This document shows, piece by piece, positions 19,175-28,443 of a DNA stretch of 64,000 bases. The stretch is from the NCBI GenBank assembly GCA_021295775.1, contig JAGWBS010000003.1:395-64394 (forward strand), read 5' to 3'. The stretch comes from Pseudomonadota bacterium. GTDB lineage: Bacteria > Myxococcota_A > UBA9160 > SZUA-336. The translations under genes and the position numbers were made by a program. Numbering within the stretch: position 1 is the stretch's first letter; each line of letters opens with the position of its first letter. The notes under the pieces were generated by a model. It was given only the letters and a program-made list of their open reading frames with translations. It did not search any database and was not told the DNA's origin.

Positions 19175-20440
19175 GTGCGTCGCGACGAATGGGAAGGCAT
19201 GGCCGCAGCGCTGCTGGAGGGCTCTCTCCCGCCGGGAGCCGAGTGGGTCAAACGCAGCCGCATCCGCCGGGTCGCGACCGTCGGCGATGTCTTCATCAAG
19301 GCGTTCCCCCTCCACAGGACCGCCGCCGTGCGCGAGGCGCGCAATCTGGCGCGGGCGGCCCAGGACGGCCTGCCCGTCCCCGAGGTGCTGGCCGGCGACG
19401 TCCGCTGGGTCGCCATGCGGCGCCTGGCCGACCCTCGGCCCCCGAGCCGGGCCGACCTGCCCGAGCTGCTGGAAATCGTCCGCCGCGCCCACGCCGCCGG
19501 CTGGGTTCACGGCGACATGCACCTGGGCAACTTCGTGCGCTCGGAGGGCAAGCTCTTCATGCTCGACTGGCAGCGCGCCCGGCGCCTGCGGCGCGCCCCG
19601 CGCTTCCTGCAGCTGCGCGACTTCGGCTTCCTGGCCCAGTCCCTGGGGGAGCCGCTGCCGGAGGCGCTGGAGTTCGCGAGACGAGCCCGCGACCGGCGGC
19701 AGCGCTACCTGTGGCGCTCGCGTTCCGGGCGCTGCGTCAAGGAGAGCTCCCGCTTCACGCGCTGGGAGATCGAGGGCCGGCCGGGATTCCGCCTGCGAGA
19801 GGTCCCGGACGCGGATCTGCGCGCCTCGCTCGAAGGACTCGAAGCCTCCGAGCCGCTCCATCGCAGCTCGCGGACCCGAATCTGGCGGCGGGGGAAGTGG
19901 GTCGTCAAGCGCTTCGCCCGGATCCCGAACGCCCGAGCCGCGTGGCTCGGCGGCCACGGTCTGGAGGTTCGCGGTCTGCGCGTCGCCCGCCCCCAAGCCT
20001 GGGCCGGCCACTGGCTGTGGATGGAGGACGCCGGCCCGGAGAGCCTGGAAGCGTGGTTCGACAAGGACAGCGGCCTGGGCGGCGCCCGAGTCAGGCAGGA
20101 GTTGGTCACGGCCTTGACCGAGCTGCTGATCCGGCTGCACCGCAGGGGCGTGTACCACCGGGACGTGAGGACCTCGAACCTGGTCTGGAGCCCGGGACAG
20201 GAAGCGATCCTGCTGGACTATGGTCCCGTGCGTTTCGGCCGCAGGGTCTCGGCCCGCCGCCGGATCAAGAACCTCGCCCAGATCAACGCCTCCCTGCCCG
20301 ACACGATCGAAGGCGGACTGCGCGAACGGGCGCTGAAGGACTACATCGAGCGCGTCGGGGCGGGCGACGCGTACGAGGCGCTGCGCGACGAGGTGGTCCG
20401 GATCAGCCTGGCCCGGAAGCACCACTGGAGCGGCTGCTGA
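19175..20440 (+). CDS. tandem lipopolysaccharide kinase (Kdo/WaaP family) fusion protein
   Basis: There are two kinase-like halves. The first has VFIKAF...WVHGDMHLGNFV...FMLDWQRA. The second has WVVKRF...GVYHRDVRTSNLVW...ILLDYGPVRF. The protein is 421 aa. The start could instead be ATG 19199. Confidence 0.7.
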   Translation: MRRDEWEGMAAALLEGSLPPGAEWVKRSRIRRVATVGDVFIKAFPLHRTAAVREARNLARAAQDGLPVPEVLAGDVRWVAMRRLADPRPPSRADLPELLEIVRRAHAAGWVHGDMHLGNFVRSEGKLFMLDWQRARRLRRAPRFLQLRDFGFLAQSLGEPLPEALEFARRARDRRQRYLWRSRSGRCVKESSRFTRWEIEGRPGFRLREVPDADLRASLEGLEASEPLHRSSRTRIWRRGKWVVKRFARIPNARAAWLGGHGLEVRGLRVARPQAWAGHWLWMEDAGPESLEAWFDKDSGLGGARVRQELVTALTELLIRLHRRGVYHRDVRTSNLVWSPGQEAILLDYGPVRFGRRVSARRRIKNLAQINASLPDTIEGGLRERALKDYIERVGAGDAYEALRDEVVRISLARKHHWSGC

Positions 20441-20500
20441 GGTCTGGCCGCGCAGATCCCGGTGCCGCATCCGGGCGCGTCGGGTAGTCTGGCGCCGCCG

Positions 20501-21301
20501 ATGTCGGACGCGATCGACTCCTTCCTCGTCGCGAAAATCGCGGAGGGGCGCCCGGATGGCGGGCGCGCGCTGCGCGTGCTCGATCTGCCCGCGGGCGACG
20601 GGGAGCTCTCGCGCAAGCTCGACGCCGCGGGGCTGAGCGTGACCGGGGCCGATCTTTTTCCCAATGCCTCGGGCTTCCGGCCGGAGCGGGTGGTCCGCGC
20701 CGACATGAACCGACGGCTGCCGTTCGAGGACGGCGCCTTCGACGTGCTCGTCTGCCAGGAGGGGATCGAGCATCTCGAAAACGTCGCCGCGTTCCTGCGC
20801 GAGTGCCGGCGAGTGCTGCGCGAGGGCGGCGAGCTTTGGCTGACTACGCCCAACGTCATGGACCTGTCCTCGCGCCTGGCGTTCTTCTGGTTGGGAATCA
20901 AAAGCTTCCACGGCGACCTCCCCAACGAAGAGGCGACCCTGTGGGGCGCATCGGGCGAGAGCTATTACCACGGCCACGCCTTCACCCTGCCCTTCTTCCA
21001 GATCCGCTACCTGCTGCGCATCGAAGATTTCGACGAGATCGAGCTTCACGGCCTGAAGCCGAGCGGCACCTCGCGCGCTCTCTACTGGGCCCTGCGCCCC
21101 CTCGCAGGCGTCTGCGTGCGGCGCGCGCTGCGCCGTCGCAACGCTCGCGACCGCGCGGACGGTCGGCCGGCCGCTTCCGGCGAGCTGCTGCGCGAAATCG
21201 AACGGCTGGCCCTTTCCCCCGAGCTGCTTTGCAACGGGAAGATCGGCATCCGCGCCGTGCGCCGCGAAGGGTCGTTCCGGCCCGCGGAACAGGGCGGGTA
21301 G
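20501..21301 (+). CDS. class I SAM-dependent methyltransferase
   Basis: ATG 20501 gives MSDAIDSFL... Motif I is VLDLPAGDGELS. Further motifs are FDVLVCQEGIEHL and RVLREGGELWLTTP. The track start GTG 20462 is also possible. Confidence 0.75.
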   Translation: MSDAIDSFLVAKIAEGRPDGGRALRVLDLPAGDGELSRKLDAAGLSVTGADLFPNASGFRPERVVRADMNRRLPFEDGAFDVLVCQEGIEHLENVAAFLRECRRVLREGGELWLTTPNVMDLSSRLAFFWLGIKSFHGDLPNEEATLWGASGESYYHGHAFTLPFFQIRYLLRIEDFDEIELHGLKPSGTSRALYWALRPLAGVCVRRALRRRNARDRADGRPAASGELLREIERLALSPELLCNGKIGIRAVRREGSFRPAEQGG

Positions 21302-21307
21302 CCGGGC

Positions 21308-22042
21308 ATGCCGAGCGTAAAGCTGACGGACTTCAAGGTCCTGAGCCTGGACTGCTACGGGACGCTGATCGACTGGGAAACGGGTCTGGGCGAGGCGCTG
21401 GCTCCGCTGGTCGAGCGGGCCGCGGCGCCGCTTCCCCGCCACCAGATCCTGCAGGCGTACGCCCGGCACGAGTCGGCGGAACAGCGCCGGACCCCGTCCA
21501 AGCGCTACTCGGAATTGCTGTCGGTCGTCTACCGGCGCCTGGCCGAAGAGTGGCGGCTGCCCGTCGCGCCGGAACAATGCGCGGCCTTCGGCCGCTCGGT
21601 GAAGGACTGGCCCGCCTTCCCGGACTCCACCCGGGCGCTGCGGTACCTGAAGCAGCACTATCGGCTGGTGATCCTGTCGAACGTCGACAACGAAAGTTTC
21701 CGGGCCAGCCAGGCGCGCCTGGGCGTGGAATTCGACGCGGTCTAGACCGCCGAGGACATCGGCTCCTACAAGCCCTCGGACCGGAACTTCGAGTCCATGC
21801 TCGACGGATTGAGGGCGCGGGGCATCGAACGGGGAGACATCCTGCACACCGCGCAGAGCCTGTTCCACGACCACGCGCCGGCGAACCGCCACGGCCTGGC
21901 TTCCTGCTGGATCCGGCGGAGCTCCGGCCGGGACGGCTCCGGGGCGACCCCGAGCACCGCCGAGACGCCCCGCTGCGACTTCCGCTTCGACAGCCTGGCG
22001 GAGATGGTCGAGGCCCACCGCGGGTCCCTCCCGCGCCGCTGA
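21308..22042 (+). pseudogene. HAD-superfamily hydrolase (type II haloacid dehalogenase-like) interrupted by one in-frame TAG
   Basis: Track ORFs 21308..21745 and 21797..22042 are in the same frame. Reading through TAG 21743-21745 gives ...VEFDAV*TAEDIGSYKPSDRNFESMLDGL... HAD motif I is LSLDCYGTLIDWE, and motif III is the Lys in SYKP. Confidence 0.7.
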
Positions 22043-22083
22043 CCGCAGGCGCCCTGCCGCAAGCGGAATCCACGGCCCCCGGG

Positions 22084-22148
22084 CCGCGGTTCGCCGCGGA
22101 CGGCCGGGCCAAAACCCGGCACGGCGCGCCGGAGAGGCGGCGTTCTCC
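22084..22148. terminator. three short GC hairpins between convergent genes
   Basis: The hairpins are CCGCGG-TTCG-CCGCGG (22084-22099), GCCGGG-CCAAAA-CCCGGC (22103-22120) and GGAGA-N8-TCTCC (22131-22148). They lie in the 117-bp gap between the HAD and GT9 stops. Confidence 0.35.
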
Positions 22149-22159
22149 CCCGCTCCCGA

Positions 22160-23248
22160 TCAGGCGTCCGGGGACCGGGTCTCGCCCAGGAGTTCGAGCG
22201 CGGCGTCGGCCACCGATCGGCTGTCGACCGCCGCCATGCAGGTCCGGGCCGGGCAGCCTTCACGGCAGGGGTTGCAGCCCACGTCCCGGCGCAGGATCCG
22301 CTGCGGCACGCCCGGGAACGGCGCGTTCTCCAGCGGGTCCGTGGGACCGAAAACGGCCACGATCGGCACGCCCGCCAGGGCGGCGACGTGCATCGGGCCC
22401 GAGTCGCAGCCCAGAAACAGGCTCGCCCCGCGCAGCAGCCCCAAAAGTTCGCCCGTGGAGCGGGTGGGCGGTGCCAGAACCGCCGCGCCATGGGCGCGTT
22501 CGACCACCCGCTCGGCCGCCTCGCGCTCGCCGGCGACCGGGCCCCAGGTCACCACGCTGCGCAGCCCGGCAAGCCGCGACAGCTCGGCGCAGACCTCGGC
22601 GAAACGTTCCAGCGACCAGCGCTTGTACTGGGTGGCGGCGCTCGTCCCCGGGTGCACGACCGCGAAGGAGTCGCCGGATCGTTCGGCCGGCACGTTGACG
22701 GGGGGCGGCTGCGCGGGGACTTCTCCGCCCAGAAACCGTACCAGACCGGCGTTGCGCTCGAAGCGCGACAGGTGCCGGCCGGACAGACGGGCGCGCAGGG
22801 TCAGAAAGCGCGCGCTTCCCTCGCGGGCGTAGGGCGAATCGAAGCCCGCGCGCAGCGGGATGCGCGCTGCCCAGGCCAGCAGGCCGCTCTTCAGAATGCC
22901 GTGGAAGTCGACCGACAGGTCGTAGCGCGCGTCTCGCAGGCGTCCGAGCAGGCTCCGCAGCTCCTTTTGCAGGCCCAGAGGGCGGCGCGCGCTCAAAGCC
23001 CGCCGCTCGAAGCGCACGATCCGGTCGAGACCCTCGATTCCGGCCAGGCCATCCGCAGCGTGATCCTCCACCAGCCAGTCGATCCGCGCCCCCGGGTACA
23101 GCTCCCTCAGCCCCGCGAACGCGAAGCGCGTGCGCACGACGTCGCCCAGCGCGCCCAGCCGGATGACCAGGATCCGCTCGGCGAGCGGGGGAGCCGGCAG
23201 CGGGTTCAGCACGGCGGAAACCGCCGCGTCCGGTGATTCGGTCCTCAT
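22160..23248 (-). CDS. family 9 glycosyltransferase (LPS heptosyltransferase)
   Basis: The start is ATG 23248. Motifs are RILVIRLGALGDVV and LFLGCDSGPMHVAALAGVPIVAVFGPT. Confidence 0.8.
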   Translation of the reverse strand: MRTESPDAAVSAVLNPLPAPPLAERILVIRLGALGDVVRTRFAFAGLRELYPGARIDWLVEDHAADGLAGIEGLDRIVRFERRALSARRPLGLQKELRSLLGRLRDARYDLSVDFHGILKSGLLAWAARIPLRAGFDSPYAREGSARFLTLRARLSGRHLSRFERNAGLVRFLGGEVPAQPPPVNVPAERSGDSFAVVHPGTSAATQYKRWSLERFAEVCAELSRLAGLRSVVTWGPVAGEREAAERVVERAHGAAVLAPPTRSTGELLGLLRGASLFLGCDSGPMHVAALAGVPIVAVFGPTDPLENAPFPGVPQRILRRDVGCNPCREGCPARTCMAAVDSRSVADAALELLGETRSPDA

Positions 23249-23302
23249 GGGTGCGGCCCGACCCTGGCGCGGCGCCTCGTGGGGGATAGCATTGGCGCCC
23301 TG

Positions 23303-24415
23303 ATGGTCGCTCCCCGGATCATCTGGCGCTACATCTTCTTCGACGTCCTCTGGCACTCCCTGGTCGGTCTGTGTGCGGTCACGCTCCTGATGGTCGTCCA
23401 GAGCGCACTGCGGTTCCTGGAGGACTTGGTGGGTGCGGGCGTCGGCGGTGCCGCTCTACTCGAGCTGCTGGGCATCGTTTTGCCGGGCTACTTCGCCTAC
23501 GCCATTCCCATGGCGCTGGTTTTCGGCGTGCTGCTGACCTTCGGGCGCATGTCGGTCGAAGGCGAGATCGTCGCCCTGCGCGCCTCGGGCGCCAGCGTGC
23601 GCGGCCTGCTGCCGCCGGTCCTGGCGCTGGGGCTGCTGGCCTCGGCCGCGACGGCCTACCTGATGGCGGAGGTGGAACCCCGCAGCCACCACGCGATGAA
23701 GAGCCTGCTGCGGGAAATGAGCAAGGCGGTGACGCTGATCGAGCCGGGCGAGTTCAACGCCGTCCAGAACAGCGTCGTCTACGCCAACCAGCGCGGCGAC
23801 CCGGACTGTCCGCTGCGCGGAGTGCTGATCGCCGATTTCGAGGACCCGCAGCGCCCGTTCTACGTCAACAGCCGCTGCGCCTCCGTCTCGGACGAAGCCG
23901 AGGCCGGGAGCCTGCAGCTCGAGCTGGCGCAGGGGGCGATCCACTTCACCGACGGCGAGCGCGAGCGCTACCGCCGCGTGCGTTTTTCGAGCATGACCTT
24001 CACGCTGGACGTCAGAGGGATGTTCGAGCGCCGGCGGGCGCGCGACTTCACCACCGCCGAACTGATCGGCTTGCGGCCGATGCTCCGGCGTGGCGAGGAG
24101 ACCGAGGTGCAGGGCAGCGATCCGGAGCGGGCGGTGGACCTGCAGCTGCACCGCCGGGCCGCCTTCCCGATGGCCTCGCTGCTGCTCTCGATCGTCTCGG
24201 TGGGGCTCGGAATCCGGCCGCTGCGGGCCGGCCGCTCCGCCGGCGCGCTGACCGCGGTCGGGGTGGTGGCGGCCTACTGGCTGGTCTCCGCGTTCGGGGA
24301 GCGCATCGCCGAGGAGGGGATCGCCTCCGTCGAACTCGGCGTCTGGGCCCCCAACGTCGGGGTGCTGGCCATCGGGGTGTTCCTGATGCTGAGGACCAGC
24401 CGCGTCGGTTCCTGA
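23303..24415 (+). CDS. LptF/LptG family LPS export permease
   Basis: ATG 23303 gives MVAPRIIWRYIFFDVLWHSLVGL... The layout matches YjgP/YjgQ: 3 TM segments, a periplasmic domain, then 3 TM segments. Only one such gene is present here. Confidence 0.8.
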   Translation: MVAPRIIWRYIFFDVLWHSLVGLCAVTLLMVVQSALRFLEDLVGAGVGGAALLELLGIVLPGYFAYAIPMALVFGVLLTFGRMSVEGEIVALRASGASVRGLLPPVLALGLLASAATAYLMAEVEPRSHHAMKSLLREMSKAVTLIEPGEFNAVQNSVVYANQRGDPDCPLRGVLIADFEDPQRPFYVNSRCASVSDEAEAGSLQLELAQGAIHFTDGERERYRRVRFSSMTFTLDVRGMFERRRARDFTTAELIGLRPMLRRGEETEVQGSDPERAVDLQLHRRAAFPMASLLLSIVSVGLGIRPLRAGRSAGALTAVGVVAAYWLVSAFGERIAEEGIASVELGVWAPNVGVLAIGVFLMLRTSRVGS

Positions 24416-25278
24416 TGCGCGCGCTCGGCCCGACCCCGGACGGCTACGTCGTGCACCGCATCGCCGACACCTATCTGGTGTTGGACCGCGCGGTCTCGGG
24501 GGATCTGGTCCGCCTGCGACTGGCCGAGCCCCGGACGCGCCGCCGGCTGTTCGCGCGGGCGCCGTTGCGCGGGCGCGGCTCGGCGCCGACCGTGCCCGTC
24601 CGATCCGGGCTGGACATGGTCCTGCGCCGCTATCGCCACGGCGGACTGCTGGCGCGCCTGCTGGGGCCGCTCTATCTGGGACCCCGGCGGGCCCTGGACG
24701 AGCTGCGGGTCAGCGCGGAGGCCGAGCTGGCGGGGGCGCCCGTGCCGCACGTCCTGTGCCTAGTGCTGTGGCCGCAGTGGGGCCCGCTCTGGTCGGCGCT
24801 GATCGGCACGCGGGAGGAGCCGCGGGGACGGGACCTGCTGGAGTGCGCCCAGGCCGCGGCGGCGGGCGAATTCCGGCGCCTGGGCGAGCGCGTGGGCGAG
24901 GCGGTCCGCCGGCTTCACGACGCGGGCGTGGACCACCCGGACCTGCAGCTCCGCAACATTCTGGTGGTGGACGAGGAACCGGAACCGCGCGTGGTCGTGA
25001 TCGATCTGGACCGTGCGCGCTACCACCCCAGCGGGGGCGTCCCGGGGCGCCGCCGCGCGGCCAATCTGGGTCGGCTGGCCCGCTCGGCCATCAAGAACGG
25101 GCTCTGGGGCGGAGTCGTGGGACGCCGGGAACTGGCGGCGTTCGCGCGGGGCTACGCCGGGCGGGATCGGGAGCTGCGGCTGGAGCTGCGCGGCTGGAGC
25201 GCGCGCGAGCGCCTCAAGATCGCCCTGCACCGGCTCCGCTACCGCTTCCTCCGCGCCCCGCAGCCGGCGAAACCTTGA
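24415..25278 (+). CDS. kdkA: 3-deoxy-D-manno-octulosonic acid (Kdo) kinase-like LPS kinase
   Basis: ATG 24415 shares 1 nt with the lptF/G stop (TGATG). Motifs are LRRYRHGGLLARLLG, HDAGVDHPDLQLRNILV and VIDLDRA. Confidence 0.7.
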   Translation: MRALGPTPDGYVVHRIADTYLVLDRAVSGDLVRLRLAEPRTRRRLFARAPLRGRGSAPTVPVRSGLDMVLRRYRHGGLLARLLGPLYLGPRRALDELRVSAEAELAGAPVPHVLCLVLWPQWGPLWSALIGTREEPRGRDLLECAQAAAAGEFRRLGERVGEAVRRLHDAGVDHPDLQLRNILVVDEEPEPRVVVIDLDRARYHPSGGVPGRRRAANLGRLARSAIKNGLWGGVVGRRELAAFARGYAGRDRELRLELRGWSARERLKIALHRLRYRFLRAPQPAKP

Positions 25279-25318
25279 GCGCGGCCGACTCGCGGCGGAG
25301 CGGCGGCGCGCGCCGAGA

Positions 25319-26377
25319 CTAGCTCAGGCCGAGAACCGAATTCTTCAGGATCTCGGTGCTGCCCTCCACGCGGAAGGCGTCGTCGAGGCCGAGTTCCTTC
25401 CAATCCGCCAGCGTGCCGTCGGCGCGCTCCACCACGAAGCCGGCGTCGCGGATCATGGCGTAGGTCGCCCGGGCCCCGCTGCCGCGGGTGGTCAGGTAGC
25501 CCTCGACGAAGAGCGAGTTGGCGGGATACAGCGCCAGCGGTTCGAGCGAGCGCAGGTGGCCCTCGCGCCCGCCCGCGACCCGCAGCTCGGCGCGCGGATT
25601 CGCCAGCCTCACCATGCACAGCACCCGCAGCGCCCGCTCCGGGCTCAGCGAAGCGTCGGACTGCAGCGGGTTGCCCTCGATGGGCACCAGGAAGTTCACG
25701 GGGATCGACGGCACTTCCAGTTGGCGCAGTTCCAGCGCGACCTCGACCAGGTCCGCGTCGGTCTCGCCCATGCCGGCGATCAGTCCGCTGCACAGCTCGA
25801 GACCGGCGTCGCGGCCCGCGCGCAGCGTGCCGAGCCGGTCGGCGTAGGTGTGGGTGGAGCAGACCTGCGGGTAGTGCCGCTCGCTGGTGTTGAGGTTGTG
25901 GTTCAGGCGGTCCACACCGGCCCGCTTGAGCCGCCGCGCCTTGTCGTCGTCGAGCAGCCCGACGCAAACGCAGACCTGCACCGGGACTTCGCTCTTGATC
26001 TCGCGCACCACGTCGCAGACGTAGTCGACCTGGCGCTCGGTCGGTCCGCGCCCGCTCGCGACCAGGCAATAGCGGTAGGCGCCCGACTCGTAGGCCTGCC
26101 GCGCCTCCGCCAGCAGATCCTCCCGCGGCTTCCAGGCGTAGGGCTTGAGCGGAGCCTGGCTGACGATCGACTGCGAGCAGTAGCCGCAGTCCTCGGGACA
26201 GCGCGCGTTCTGGGCGTTGTTGAGCACGTGCACCAGCACGCGGTTGCCGAACATCTGCCGACGGACCTCCCACGCCTGGCCCAGAAGCGGGAGCAGGTCG
26301 ATCTCCGGTCCGAGTACGCGCTCCAGTTCGGGCGCGTCCAGGGCCGGTCCTTCCAATGAGCGGCGGGCCAGTTCCAC
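25319..26377 (-). CDS. bioB: biotin synthase
   Basis: The radical-SAM motif CPEDCGYCSQS is present, along with YCLVASGRG, NHNLNTS and LIAGMGE. The protein is 352 aa. Confidence 0.9.
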   Translation of the reverse strand: MELARRSLEGPALDAPELERVLGPEIDLLPLLGQAWEVRRQMFGNRVLVHVLNNAQNARCPEDCGYCSQSIVSQAPLKPYAWKPREDLLAEARQAYESGAYRYCLVASGRGPTERQVDYVCDVVREIKSEVPVQVCVCVGLLDDDKARRLKRAGVDRLNHNLNTSERHYPQVCSTHTYADRLGTLRAGRDAGLELCSGLIAGMGETDADLVEVALELRQLEVPSIPVNFLVPIEGNPLQSDASLSPERALRVLCMVRLANPRAELRVAGGREGHLRSLEPLALYPANSLFVEGYLTTRGSGARATYAMIRDAGFVVERADGTLADWKELGLDDAFRVEGSTEILKNSVLGLS

Positions 26378-26482
26378 GGCGCGCGCAGAATACCACAGCC
26401 CCGGCTCCGCTCGACCGGGCTTCGGCGGCGGGCCGGAGCGGCGTGCCGGGAGCGCGGCCCGAAGGCCGGCCCGAGCCCGGGA

Positions 26483-27388
26483 TCAGCCGTAGACGGGTCC
26501 GTCCAGGTCCGGACTGTGGCGGAAGCGCCGGTGCGCCCACATCCACTGCTCGGGATACTCGCGGATCACGCGCTCCAGCGCGGCGTTGTAGGCCGCGGTC
26601 GCGCGTTCGATGTCCCGCCTGCGGTCTCCGCTGGCCGGCACCTCGATCGGATCCAGAATATGGGCGCGGTGGCGGTCGGGGCCGACCCGGACGCTGTACA
26701 GGGGCACCACCGGCGCGCCGGTACGCAAAGCCAGCGTCGCGGCGCCGGCCGTGGTCGAGCAGCGCTTGCCGAAAAGCGGGGCGAAAACGCTCTGGTTCCG
26801 GCGCGCGTACTGATCGATCAGAAGCACGACCACGTGGCCGCGGCGCAGCGCGCGCAGAATCGCGGGAGCCGCGCTGCGGCGATCGATCACCTCGGCGCCG
26901 GTACGCGTCCGTTCGTGCAGGACCCGCTCGTACAGCCGCCGGTTGCTCATCGTCCGACCCACGTGACTGACGGGAACGCCCCAGACGGGCGCGACCTTGG
27001 CGAAAAGTTCGAAGTTTCCGGTGTGCAGCGTCACGGCGAGCGCGCCCCGGCCCTGCGCCAGTGCGGCCCGCAGACGCTCGAGGCCGGACACCTCGAAGCG
27101 GTCGGAAATCTCGCTTTCCGACCAATGCGTGGAGCGCAGCCAGTCCAGAACGTTCCAGGCGCTGTGGACGTAGCTCTCTCGCCCGATGGCCCGCCGCCGA
27201 GTTTCGGAGAGCTCGGGGAAGGCGATCCGCAGATTCGTCAGCGCGTAGCCCACGCGCCGGCCTCCGCGCTCGAAGTAGCAGCGCGCCACGGCCGCCAGGG
27301 CGCGCTGCGACGCGGCCAGCGGCAGCGAGCCGGAGAGTGCCGTGGCCGCGGCCACGGCCGCGTACTCGGCCCGGTGCTTCAGGCTCAC
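26483..27388 (-). CDS. lpxL: lipid A biosynthesis late acyltransferase (LpxL/HtrB family)
   Basis: GTG 27388 (GTGA overlap with the lpxK stop) gives VSLKHRAEYAAV... Motifs are AVTLHTGNFELF, VVLLIDQY and EYPEQWMWAHRRF. Confidence 0.8.
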   Translation of the reverse strand: MSLKHRAEYAAVAAATALSGSLPLAASQRALAAVARCYFERGGRRVGYALTNLRIAFPELSETRRRAIGRESYVHSAWNVLDWLRSTHWSESEISDRFEVSGLERLRAALAQGRGALAVTLHTGNFELFAKVAPVWGVPVSHVGRTMSNRRLYERVLHERTRTGAEVIDRRSAAPAILRALRRGHVVVLLIDQYARRNQSVFAPLFGKRCSTTAGAATLALRTGAPVVPLYSVRVGPDRHRAHILDPIEVPASGDRRRDIERATAAYNAALERVIREYPEQWMWAHRRFRHSPDLDGPVYG

Positions 27389-28443
27389 GGGGATTCCCCG
27401 GCCGCGTCGATCCGCCGGACGACGAAATCGACCAGCGCCCCGGCGTCCTCGGGCTCGACTTCTTCCTCGAGCGCCCAGAGTTCGGTCTCGCCGACCCAGT
27501 CGGCGGGGATCTTGACGGCGTCCTTGGCCGTCGTCAGCCACGTCAGCGAGGGGTCGAGCGCCTGAATGTCGGACCGCCGGTAGGCGTGGTGGTCGGGCCG
27601 CAGCCGCAGACTGGCGACCCGCGCGCCCAGATCCTCCAGCCCGTTCACCAGGCGATCGGGCCGGGCGATCGCGGCCAGCACGCCGACGCGCCGCCCGGCG
27701 AGCCAGTCCAGCTCCCGCTTCCCTCCGCCCAGGCGGCGGAGCCGGCGCGGCTCGATCCTGACGCGGAACTCCGGCACGCCCCGGGGGATCCAGCGCCCGC
27801 GGGGGACTTCGGCGGCGCGGCGGTTCACCCACAGCAGGGCGTCGGCCCGGCGCAGGCCCCGGGGCGACTCCCGCAGCGGACCGCGCGGCAGGACGTGCCC
27901 GTTGCCCAGACCCGAGGCGGCGTCGATGCAGACCAGATCCAGGTCCCGCGCCAGCCGGTGGTGCTGAAAGCCGTCGTCGAGCAGGCACAGCTCGACGCCG
28001 AACGCGGCCGCGGCCCGCAGTCCCAGCGCCACCCGATTGCGCCCTGCCAGCACCGGAACGCCGGGCGTCTGGCCCGCCAGCATCACGGGTTCGTCTCCCG
28101 CCTCGGCCGGCGAGAGCAGCAGCCGGCTTCCGTCCGAGACGACGCTGACCTGCGCCGTACTCGCTCCCCCGACGCCGCGGCTCAGAATCGCGACGATCCT
28201 GCCCCGCGCGTGCAGCTCGCGCGCCAGCCAGCCGACCAGCGGGCTCTTCCCCGACCCGCCCACGCTGAGATTGCCGACCGAGACCACCCGGCACGGCAGG
28301 CGCGTCCGCGGGCGCCAGCCACGCGCGTAGGCGGCGCGGTGCAGATCCGCTCCCGCCCGGTACAGAAGTTCGACGCCGGCGAGCGGCGAGAGCGCCAGAC
28401 GGCGGCCCCAGGACTCCTCGCGGCGCCAGATCCACTCAGGCAC
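27385..28443 (-). CDS. lpxK: tetraacyldisaccharide 4'-kinase
   Basis: GTG 28443 gives VPEWIWRREESW... The P-loop is VGNLSVGGSGKSPLV, and LLDDGFQH is present. It overlaps the waaA stop by 8 nt. Confidence 0.85.
   Translation of the reverse strand: MPEWIWRREESWGRRLALSPLAGVELLYRAGADLHRAAYARGWRPRTRLPCRVVSVGNLSVGGSGKSPLVGWLARELHARGRIVAILSRGVGGASTAQVSVVSDGSRLLLSPAEAGDEPVMLAGQTPGVPVLAGRNRVALGLRAAAAFGVELCLLDDGFQHHRLARDLDLVCIDAASGLGNGHVLPRGPLRESPRGLRRADALLWVNRRAAEVPRGRWIPRGVPEFRVRIEPRRLRRLGGGKRELDWLAGRRVGVLAAIARPDRLVNGLEDLGARVASLRLRPDHHAYRRSDIQALDPSLTWLTTAKDAVKIPADWVGETELWALEEEVEPEDAGALVDFVVRRIDAAGESP

Noticed and set aside
21743-21745. The in-frame TAG in the HAD gene as pyrrolysine or another programmed recoding event.
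   Set aside because: There are no pyl genes or recoding signals nearby. The position corresponds to an ordinary hydrophobic or aromatic residue in the family. A point mutation or base-call error is far more likely.
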